Positions 50,201-62,200 of a stretch of DNA of 64,000 nt are shown here, in pieces. A program made the position numbers and the translations under genes. The DNA lies in contig NMRA01000521.1 in the NCBI GenBank assembly GCA_002633005.1, positions 7,446 to 71,445 of the forward strand, read 5' to 3'. The stretch comes from Phoronis australis (lineage: Eukaryota > Animalia > Phoronida). Position 1 is the first letter of the stretch. The number at the start of each line of letters is the position of its first letter. The notes beneath the pieces were generated by a model, which worked only from the letters and a program-made list of their open reading frames with translations, made no database searches and was not told where the DNA came from.

Positions 50201-53200
50201 TTAGTAATCAGCGTAGACTGGGTGCATTAGACTAATTAGGAAAACAAATTGGCTAATAGGTTTTGTACGGAACAGGCAACGGTTTGCGAGTGCGTTTTAT
50301 GACGAAGCGCTAAAAAGTAAAACATTATTTAAACGCCGCTGCTTAGTGAGATGTCACGGGTAATTTATGCTTACACATTTGTAGCGCTCCTCATTTGCCC
50401 TCGCTATTTCCGTTATGTTTCTTTCACACCACATTGCCCCCCCAAACCTTTCAACATTCAAATAAACATGTGCCAACCGAACGAAATTCAAGTGTCCTAT
50501 ACGATTGTCGTTAAACAATTGTAACTTCTTACATAGCTAGTAGGTCAAAATGCACAACTTAAAAAAAAAAAAACGTTTTAACAACATGCAAAGATTTTAG
50601 AATAAGTTCTAAAGGTAAACTCTTAATTTCATTACAAAACACTCATCTTTCAATACAACTTATTTCAATATACACTTAAAAATGTATGTTTTAAACGTTT
50701 TCCTGAGGAAGTAAAATCCCGGTTGCAGGATTTATATAAATGTGTTTAACGGTATCAACAAGACTGTACACTGTGTGAGGTTACCTTGACTGGCGCGGAG
50801 CTTACAACGTTTCGCACTTCGTCATGGACCATCTTCATCACTTCATGTCCCAGTTGATCGATGTCGTCAACTCCCTCCCCGAACCTAGGGAAAGACATGG
50901 CCACTTGTCGATATCTTTTGTATTTCTCTCCATGGGCCATTGACCTTGTTGATCCAGCTCTAATGTCTTGCATAGGCTCCTTCATGTCGTATCCCCAGTC
51001 ACACTTAAAAAGTAGGGGAGGATACAACGTCACGTCTCGAAAGAAAACGCCACTGGTTATCTGACTACATTCATTTGAGGCTTTGTAGCTCATCAATGTT
51101 TTCAGTAAACATATTTTGAAATCTGTTCCTTGTTTCGTAATCCGATACAGACATTGCGAAGCAACTCTGTGTAAACTACATACAATAGTTCTCCAAGATA
51201 GCAAAACAACGACGCACAAATGGCGAATTGCACTGTTTTTGGTCTAGAGTCTGGTTACAGGTACTTTGTCGAAGTAGCGTCAAAGTAGACCGCCAAGGCA
51301 ATTAAAAAGAAACAGAGGTTTGGAGTAATAACCTCGACTCAAGCATCGACAACGTTTAGCGTGACATAAGTTTTACCTACCTGACATAGTCTGCCGGAGT
51401 CTGGTATAATTATCAAAACTACTGTACCAGCGAGTAACTTTTTAACTTGTATTATCACTGAATATCATTTGAAAGGATGATCAACAACCATACGGGTAGA
51501 ATTTTTCAAAGTAAACGTCACAAACGCCAGTGCATTGATAGACATCTAAATTTTTAGGAATGACTTCTCCGCATAAAAGTATACGGATGAATCGAGTCAG
51601 TATCCTAATTAACTTCATACTCAGTTTATGGAAATAGAATATTAAACTGTCATTGTTCCATGCCTGAGGTAATGGACCACTTCTGTTTGAGTGAACTTGT
51701 ATTTCCAACTAAATAAGCAAGTCAGGCGTTGACGTTTTACTGGCGTTTCAAATTAAAAAAATAAGCCTAGCCGTGAAAGTGACGCTGCAAATCTTACATT
51801 TGATCAACGTTTAATGGAAATCAACGATCACACACCATATGAAACAATGCATACCTTTAAACAAGTTACCAAATCTTCAAGATCAGTAATAGCGGTGGTA
51901 GGATTAAACACCATTTGTTTAATGCGATACAGGGAATCAATAGCGTTCGAGGCACCCACGAACATTATGGCCAGGATATGATGAAGGGCACCTCCGTTAG
52001 ACAAGTCTCTCCCACTTTCCTTGCATCCTCTGATGATGGTGGACAAAAGCGAAGATGGGCACCACTTTAAAGGAGAAAACTATAGCTGTAGATATATATT
52101 CAGAGCAATAGATAAATTGTACTCATTGGTCATATTTTGTCAGTTCCTTGCTTTGGAAGTTATAAACCGAAAACTCTTCAGTGATTATCATGCGTAACGC
52201 TAACCATGATCTTAACTGTAACTGAATAACATCTCTTGAAACAAAAAGAACGAACGAATTTTTGTAAAAAAGCATTCACCTTCCACAGGTTACCATAATT
52301 CTGAAGCATCAACAAACAAGAGTTGACAATTTGGAGATGGAGATGTCGTCCAAAGATGGCCATTAGTTCTTTGAAATCCTTTATCTCCTCAGGAGGCTTA
52401 GTTTTGTAAGATGATTTCGCTCCGCGTAAAAACACAGGTCCCGCCTTCTTGTACAGAGTGCCTTCGTTAATGGCCATTTCCACTATGTTGAGTAACGGAA
52501 CAGTAATGAAGGCAAATTCCGAGGCTCCTGTAACCATGGGCTCATAACATCCGTCACACGCGTAATCCCTGGCAGCAGACAGTGGAACCTAAGCGAGTAC
52601 ATGGATGAGAACACTAGTTTGAAGTTCATTAAGCCAAAGCTAACACAGGATCTAATTGGCGCCATTATTACAGGAACACGAAAAAAAAAAATAAATTGCA
52701 TTATTTATAGTCTGTGGCTCTATGCCACCGAACCTTGTTCATCAAGTATTTTCATAGTATCACAATGCCCTTTGGCCTATGATCGCACAAAACAATGGCG
52801 ATTTCAAGCAGGAGCCTTTCAGTAAGATCAATTGATGTAAGTCCTATAAATCGTGAACTTTGTGGTCTTTTTTCTAGAAATTGCCTCATATGGCCAAGTA
52901 AATAACTCTTTAGTAAGCGTTGCAAGATGATGGTTTCGCCAGGAAGTGATTAAAAATATTCTGACAAGCGTTTTGCTTTCCATTCCTCTGAAAGATTTAT
53001 GATGCCATGTAACTTGCAAACCGCAGTACCTGTATCATTGATGGTACATGTAGTCAACACATCCACTCAGCCTTGATTATATTACAGCATTTTTTCTTGT
53101 CAAAAACAGTTACGTAGACCATCGGTTCAGTTCGGAAGCCGCATTTTCTCACCTGATAGGGGTCTACTCCACTCGATTGCAAACCAGGCACCATACGGTC

Positions 53201-56200
53201 ATCATTGAATATGATTGGATGGGCACCTCCACTGAGTAGAGCCTTTGCAGTTTCCTCAATTATATCCTGGCCCAGTTTTGTACTCTCGATACCTTTATAT
53301 AGGCGCAGAGAGAAACATGGAGCATTCAATGGAAGGCGGCGAGTGGCTTTGAGAAACTTTAAAGTTAGTTCGTTTATTCCTGGAGATGGCGCTGTTTCGT
53401 CAGTTGCCTTGTATCCGCCAAGAGTTACCTGTTGTACCCATTGATTTATTCCTACAAAGTAAAAGAATGTAACCTTGTCAACGACTGCAGATATAGCTGG
53501 CTTGCACACTGATACTACTTTAACAGAACACATACATTTGACACCCTTGCAACTTTTGTTGAATAAATAAGTGTTTCACGGTATTACCTGTTATATAACA
53601 AGAGCAACGCGGAGCGTTGAAATGCGCCCACAATTGCACCGCATAGGGTATCCTTCTAGGGTTGTTTATTGGCCAGTAGAGGGCATACTTTGCAAAATGG
53701 AAAGGCATGGTCATTGTCGCCTCAATAGGCTAGGGGCAAAATGTGAGTAATCTTCATAATACAAGCACATCCTATACACCAGTTGCTTAAAGCACCACAG
53801 AAACATAGAATTAAAAACAAATTTACCAACATACGAGATTAGCACAGCATTAGAATGCCAGAAANNNNNNNNNNNNNNNNNNNNNNNNNNNNNNNNNNNN
53901 NNNNNNNNNNNNNNNNNNNNNNNNNNNNNNNNNNNNNNNNNNNNNNNNNNNNNNNNNNNNNNNNNNNNNNNNNNNNNNNNNNNNNNNNNNNNNNNNNNNN
54001 NNNNNNNNNNNNNNNNNNNNNNNNNNNNNNNNNNNNNNNNNNNNNNNNNNNNNNNNNNNNNNNNNNNNNNNNNNNNNNNNNNNNNNNNNNNNNNNNNNNN
54101 NNNNNNNNNNNNNNNNNNNNNNNNNNNNNNNNNNNNNNNNNNNNNNNNNNNNNNNNNNNNNNNNNNNNNNNNNNNNNNNNNNNNNNNNNNNNNNNNNNNN
54201 NNNNNNNNNNNNNNNNNNNNNNNNNNNNNNNNNNNNNNNNNNNNNNNNNNNNNNNNNNNNNNNNNNNNNNNNNNNNNNNNNNNNNNNNNNNNNNNNNNNN
54301 NNNNNNNNNNNNNNNNNNNNNNNNNNNNNNNNNNNNNNNNNNNNNNNNNNNNNNNNNNNNNNNNNNNNNNNNNNNNNNNNNNNNNNNNNNNNNNNNNNNN
54401 NNNNNNNNNNNNNNNNNNNNNNNNNNNNNNNNNNNNNNNNNNNNNNNNNNNNNNNNNNNNNNNNNNNNNNNNNNNNNNNNNNNNNNNNNNNNNNNNNNNN
54501 NNNNNNNNNNNNNNNNNNNNNNNNNNNNNNNNNNNNNNNNNNNNNNNNNNNNNNNNNNNNNNNNNNNNNNNNNNNNNNNNNNNNNNNNNNNNNNNNNNNN
54601 NNNNNNNNNNNNNNNNNNNNNNNNNNNNNNNNNNNNNNNNNNNNNNNNNNNNNNNNNNNNNNNNNNNNNNNNNNNNNNNNNNNNNNNNNNNNNNNNNNNN
54701 NNNNNNNNNNNNNNNNNNNNNNNNNNNNNNNNNNNNNNNNNNNNNNNNNNNNAAACAGACTCGAAAACAGTAAAAATGGCCACTAGGTGGCGCAAACTAT
54801 GTCGAATCCATCCGAAAACGGCAGGATAGCGTCATCTCACTACTAGGTGCCTACATACCAAATTTCATGAAAATCCGTTCAGGACTTTTGAAGATACAAA
54901 GGTAAGCGTAAAAAACTAAAATTGCCACTAGGGGGCACACCGGTAGTCGGATCCGTCCGAAAGTTCGCACATGCCGTCCCATTCATGAATGGAACATATG
55001 TGCCAAATTTCATGAACGTATGTCAAAGGGTTTTGGAGATAGAGCAGCGGACTCCGCCCGGACGGACGGACGGACGGACGGACGGACGGACGGACGGACG
55101 GACGGACAGAGATGACGGCATAATGCGTCCACATATAAATATGTGGGCGCATAAAAATCTGCTCCTTTTTTGGACGTTAACAAACTACAAATCGCTCGTG
55201 GCACAAGGATAACTGAACTGCACATCTGCAAAATCTTGATTTAGGAACGTGGAGGGTATCAAATTAATGCAGTGATATATGAATTACACGGTCGGTTAAA
55301 AAACCTGGGTTCAGTACATTATACAAAATGATTGATAAAATGGAAATCAAGGTACTTCTTTTCAGGGGATAAAAGACTCATCCAGCGACATACTTTTGGG
55401 GACATCGAACTGCGGGGCGTGTTCTGTGAGCCAAGTGAAATGCTTTTTTGGTTAGAAATATTTTAATCTCTAAGTGACACCATTCCAACACTGAAGAGAA
55501 TTTCATTACATTTAACGGTTAGCTGAATTTCTTTGGAAATACAAAAGGCGAAGAAAAGACGTCAATCACTGTTACGCTTGCTGTATATATGTAAGTCATT
55601 TTCACGGTAATTATAACACTTGTAACGAAAAAAACTCACCTCCACCTTGGGGGAAGTTGCCAGTGGTCTGATAGAAAACAGCAGTTACCCCAGGGTAAAC
55701 CAGGTCTTTGATAAAATGCCTGTTCATTTCCACGCGCTCACTGAGTTTCAGACAAAATGCATCGATGACATCCTGCGGAGGTGCATCCTGCAAAGGAAGT
55801 AATTCTGTTCGGTAAAGTCTCGGTAAGTTTATGTGTACATATACACTGTACTTGCAGTGCTTGAGTGAGGTTTTCATCTACGCTGCATGACTTTTGCTTA
55901 AACCAACTGATACAAAGGATCATATGTGGTATCAACAGCAACCACAATTCTATAATGGCAGTTATTTTCTTACCTCTGGGTTAGTCTTATCGAGGAATGG
56001 TAGGAGGATCTGATCAAGCCTTCCAAGAGCAACAGGCTCGCCGATGTTATGAAGACAACAGTGGAACGAGAACAGAAGTTGAACTGCGTCAGTAAATGTA
56101 ACAGGTGGCTGCACCGACAACCTGTTTAGACGCTCGTGAATTTGTCGCAAGCTGTCAACCTACAAAATAAAGAATAATTTGGGATTGTTGTATTGGAATT

Positions 56201-59200
56201 CTGGTGAAATTGCCAAAACATACACAAGTCAAGTCTTCCACGAACAGTTGGTAACATGTATATACCATACATTTAATGAGGTAGACGATGTTTGGAGAAT
56301 TAAATGCGGTGTAGTGTACATGCATATTTCTGAAGAAGATTGCCGATATATCAATATACCAGCATAATTTGAATTTATTACAGTATACCTTAGCCGTGAT
56401 TAAGGATTCAGGATGAAGCGACTGAATGACAGGCTTACGGTTTGCTGTGTACACTACTATTTATCGGTACGTTATTGGGCAAATATGTGCTGGAAATTAT
56501 GCTTCTGGAAATACTTCATAACTTGATGTAGTTCACAAAAATTAACAGTTTGGGCAATGAGGATTCATTGACGGATTGTTCTAGAAAACCCCACGGCCAC
56601 TGGACTCACGACCAACAACCCATCGACCCAAGACCTGTAGCAATAATTTTTGGGCTTCTTACACATTTCAGAATCATATTAGGTGGCTAAATGACTTCCC
56701 CGTAACACTTACCAAGGCGCAAATCTCCTCTGGCTCAAGTCTGGCGGTTAAAAACAGAAAGTGCATAAGAACATAATCAGAAATAGCGGACTGCGAGCGT
56801 GCTATTCTTACTACGGAAGTAGTTCCAGGAGCGGCTACCAATGGCCCTGTTTTACTAAACTTAGGGGGAGTGTACGTGAATGCACATATTTCACCGTTTT
56901 ATAAGTTCCTTTCTGTTGTATACTACTCTAAGATATACTCCATGTAACATTGAAATACTGTTTGAGTTAACAAATTGTTTTTTCAAACTGCACTTACTGA
57001 AGAAATTACATAATCGTCGGTTCTTCTCATTCTCCCAAAAAGCTGCCATTCACTGAAGAGCCGAGAACGACATTTGTAACGTTGATAGGTCTTTGATTTG
57101 ATTTGATTGTCAATTAGTTGTTTTTTTTTCTATTTTTGGTTTTCAGTCTTGGCTAATTGAATATTCTAATTGCAAAAATGAAGAAACGCCAGTTGACTGC
57201 ATAACCAACGAGTCTGACCTCACGCTTGGACTCGTTCGTCCTGCAAGTCAGCGCTCTTGTTCTACATTTACATGTATGTTCAGATCAAGTCGAGCTTGTG
57301 TAGACTAGGTCCAGGGGGTTGTAGGCCCTGGGTCGAGGGGGGGGGGGCTGTCGTGGGTCGAGGGGGTCCAAGAACAATCGATAGGTGACTACCTGGTATT
57401 GAATTGCAGTAAGTTGGTTACATCGGTAAGCTGATGTGAGCGACTTGCGTAACAAATGACAACGTAATAGGGATAAAACTGCCATGATACTGTTGACAAG
57501 ATTGCTCCACCAAGGTAATACACGTGCGACTTCATTGCGGATGCATACTATACGCAAGAAATAGGGAAAAATAGCACGTTTGATTTTGGTTTGTCATTCT
57601 GTTGAAAATCGGATATGTGGTGTGGTATTTTTAGTCAGTTCCTCCTTGAAAAAATAGCCGAAATGATTAAAATGATTCGGCATTAACTTTTTTTTCCGGT
57701 CGGCAAATCATGGCATTTTTAACTGTGTTTATCCTCGCGTATGTGGCTTTACGAAATTTTTCAGAACAATCGCTTTGCCGGACGTTTGCGCGTTTGGGCG
57801 TCCTTTTCGCTTTAGTCAGTAAGCTAGATTATCAAACTAAGTCAAATACAGACCAGAACCAACTATTAAATTTTTGATCAAACAACAACCGCTACCTGAT
57901 TCTTGGGAAGGTTATCCTCATAAGAGATTTTCATTGCCAAGTCTGCGAAATTGGTCATATACATCTGAACACCTTCTAGGGAAGACAATGCGGAGTTGTA
58001 AAACTCTTTCTGATCCTGGTCCAGGGTTGCGACTTGAGCATTCATCTTAATCTCCTGTATCAGTTGCCCAATGCCTTTGGTAACAAGTTCGCCGTGATCT
58101 GGTACAACGTGCCCCATCATTCCTGCTTCACTTAGATAAACGCTGAAGGCCTCCTCCGTCTCGATCTCGCTCAGATAAGGCATGACAACCTGAAAATGGA
58201 AACGATTACTGTAAATTTTCGGGTTATTTATAGGAATGACTATGACTCTCCGTTACTTATAACCTTACTATTGATTCAGCAATGTTCAATTGAACATTCC
58301 AGAAAGAGAATAATGTTGATAACAATATCAAGAAAAATACAATTTATGTTGCCGCTATACTCCAAGGACATAAATGTTTCATTGCTCAGCGGCAAGAGAC
58401 CAAGTTCAAAACTGACTTATGATTTCAAAATGTTTAAAATGCATGCGTACCTTTCCAAGACCCAGACTAAAATGAGGCATTACACCCACAATTATTTCGT
58501 CCGGGAAAATCCTAAACAAGTCAGCCTTTTTCCCATAGTCTTCTTCCGTGATAGCAACTCCCAAAGTCATCTTATTCGCGTACCCCTTGCGGCTGGGTAT
58601 GCTTAGCTGATAGAAGTCGTCAGGATCATCGAGAAAGCGGTGCGCGTAGTTCTGTAAATGCTGGTACTCTGGTACAACGGGCTTCACGTACCATCTGTAG
58701 TATGAAAAGCGAAATAAGTACACGAACAAACTTGCTTACAACTCATCCAAGACCTATTCTCCGAGCTCAGACTAGACTCAAACTCACATTAGAAAATTAA
58801 TCATTCGTGTCGCAATGTTCTAGTTCTCGTTCGGACAGCAACGTGCAACTTGTACATGTATTCTTTGTAGATTGTCGAGTCTAGTGTCGATAGCAAGAGT
58901 TAGACTTCAGGCCCTGGAGTCAACACACTAATATCTCAAGAGTTGACTACATTGAACTGCTATTCTGTGTACTGCATACCCAAATGAGTACATGAACAAA
59001 GCAGGGCGTTGCTATGCCCCTGGTACCGTGTGGACAACACCTAAGGCACCTGTAAAGGGTGATTACTATTTCAAGCATTGTAACTCCAGCAATCACTGGT
59101 ACTTAACTTAAAATAACTTATAAACTTACATAGTACATGTACGTCAGCAAGGTTTTCCTCAAAATGATCACATATCAAGTTCGTAAAAATATTAATGGCA

Positions 59201-62200
59201 CTAAGAAGCACATCGGTTTTCAGATACCTGTAGGGCTTCCTTTTCCATGTTCACAGAAGCACACCTGTCAAATTGCAATAACACCCTACAGGGCCTAAGA
59301 AGAAACAGCTGTTGGAGTCAAAAAGTACAACAGCTACTAGGGTGCGTCACAGTAGTCAATATTATCCATAATTCATAGCCAGCCATGCTCTTTCCAGTAG
59401 GAATACAAACTACATACATGTACACCAACTTTCATAACCATTTGTTGAGTGGTTTGGCCACTTGAAAGATGGACGCCACAAAGCAGTAACGAAAAATAAT
59501 AATGCTATCAACAGAAGGATTAAAAATACCTGGAAACACGAGAAAGTGTCCTCGTCTCGTCTAATATTAATCAGTTTGCCACATTCCACAAAAACATGTC
59601 AATAAATTCCAAAGATACTGAGGAAAACTGAAAAAACCAAGTAGCCCCTAGATTGTCACATCGGTTGATCCATCGGAAATTAATCATCGTCCGGAGCCTC
59701 GTAACCCTTCAAGAAGTACAGTTGACAAATATAACGAAAATACCGCAAAGGAAGCGTTACAACAGTCTTAAGAGTCCGAGTATCATCGCCAGTCGTTACT
59801 TTTGCATTTGAAACATATAAACCACCAGACGTTTGTTGCCAACGTCACGTAAACAAATACTTATATTTATATTCACATACACATTTGCTAAATTCGAAGA
59901 ACATCCTGCAGAGAGTTCGTATGATACAGCGATGGACGCAAAACACTGCCAGTTGTAGACACCGCAGTAGGAGCTGTGCGAAAATCGGCGTCAGCTGTTT
60001 TCTTTACAGGGGACATGTTTGCCCAATATCGTAATCAAATTTCTTCTCACAAACAGACGTGCACAGGCGGTTAAAATACATTTCCGCGTCTTCTGTGATC
60101 TGGTAATAATTACTTTAGAATAAAGTTGAAAATTGCATGGAGTTAGAAGGTGAAAAACGACTAACTTGTAAAATACTAAATCAACGGAGTCGGATTATCC
60201 CTTAACGTATTATCGCGCTTTTGGGAACATGGGCTAATATATGAAATGGTGAATCCTTTTTCGCGGCGATTTTTACGCAAGTGGTTCGCATATTGGCGCG
60301 TGCGCCTAATTTTAGCGTACACAATCATGCATAGGCCCATGCATCTATTTGCATATAGGCTCACCGGTTTGACTAACGCTGTTCCTCTGGATAGTAATAT
60401 TTACGTTTGCCTCAGTATCTTTGGCGTCTAACCGAAGTAATGCTTTTTCGAGCCATTTTTAGCCAAGTTGGTCTCATATTGGCTCCTGCACCCAGGATTC
60501 GGATGTAAGCGCAGTTCCGCACAGACGACCATGGACCTAATGATGCGGCAATGATACAGGCTTCACTGTAAACTAGCTTCGGTACCGCTTCGTACATGTA
60601 GTTAGCGCATAAAATACAGCTTGAATAAACCGCGAAATAAGTTACTCATCACCCGGACAATTCAAAAGTTGTGGCCACCCGGCCAAGCAATCCATTAAGC
60701 TAAGAGGTACCAGTTGAGGGCCTCTGGCACGAAATAAGGTGTGTGTGGGACGTCTTGTCGCCACTTGATCCTCAAAAACTAGTAGCCACTGAGGTGAGCA
60801 ACTGAAAAATTGTGGTAACGGGGGAAGTGAAATTTGGTGTACGTCTCGTCGCCAAAGGGTTCCCTACGAAAGTTGTGGCAACTTGAGGAAGGGTAAAGTG
60901 ACGGAACGGGACTTGGGGCCCAAAGACCTGCGATGTGTTCAATTGTGATTCACTGAAAATGATTGCTATTTCATATTATATCAAGTTACAAGAAACACCA
61001 ATGGCAATCTGTGTAGTGGCACCAGATTTTCATTTCCCAAGATTGGGACCCATTTTAAGGAGACTGAGACATTGAAAAAGTTGTGGATTCTGAAAGGACG
61101 ATTTCAGGAATGCATGGGAATTTGTAGGGAAAACATCAGCTAGGATTAATCCCCAAAGGAGATCGCTTCGAAGAGACAAGCAACAGAATATCAGTAAAAA
61201 CAGCCTTGACGTGCTTCTAAGGTAGGGATTGAAATACTCAACTTATTTTAATATGAAATTCGCCAAGTGTGTTGTACGAGAACATACCTGTTTCTCCACT
61301 GCGCGAACGTATTATCTAAGAGTTTGAGAACTCGGGAAGAAGGAATATCTTCCTTATCAACATACGCTCCCGTACTCATACGGTGCATGTACTCCGCCGA
61401 GTTGTAGAACATGTACCGGTTGGTTCTTGGTTTCACGTTCCAGTGCTCTAAAAGGTCAAGGTCGGGAGCCCCAGGGCTCTGAAACTGATTTGAAAGCGAC
61501 ATCAGTTAAGTATTGGTTGGTGATTCGCATGGTAAATCAAGATAAGGTTGAATAAGTATTGTTGTCCTGTTGAAAAATACAACTATTTGGATAGCTATTT
61601 CATTTCTTACTAACATTTTACAATTACATGTTGATGATATGAATAACATACGATGCAACCAGCGAAACATTCTAAATTTGTCATTTGTGGGGGAATTGTT
61701 ACAGAGATGTTGTGATAAGACAAATATGTACATGCATTATTTATGGTAATCTAAAAGCATGACGTCATCCGTTGAGGCAAGTATTTGCTAGGTAGAGTAG
61801 TAAATAAGTCAGGGAAAAGAGAACCCACGCTTTATGACGTCAAATTTCGATTACAGAACCTGAATCGTAATCAGTTGAATTCGAGTCGATCAATCCCCGC
61901 CGATGTCCATTTCACAGGCCATTTCATGTACAGCAATTCGTCAGGTAAGCGATCGGTCGATTTACTGTTCCTGCTCAGGTGATTCTACCGGTGTTATCTT
62001 AAGAAGTTTAGGAATCAGTGGGCAAGAGAGAGTACCTAAATCGCCGATCTGTGCGCAGTGACAGAGTAGCTCGCTGAAATGCTTGTGCGGCAGTAAAATA
62101 GTTCTGGTATTTAAACGGAGGGATCTACAACTCCTGTCTTCCACGAGAACCGGTGAAGAAGACCAAAATTGCTGCAAAACTCCTTAATCTTCTTTTTCCG

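Noticed and set aside
53839-54829. Long 318 and 324 aa ORFs
   Set aside because: Artefacts of the N gap.
47042-58694. Calling the GRE a pyruvate formate-lyase (pflB)
   Set aside because: It lacks the adjacent Cys-Cys pair, has GCYE, and is fused to DyP. Only superfamily membership is supported.
61503-61566. Upstream acceptor (ttcaacag) for the linker exon
   Set aside because: All three frames hit a stop before 61478. The acceptor at 61478 or 61484 fits phase 0.
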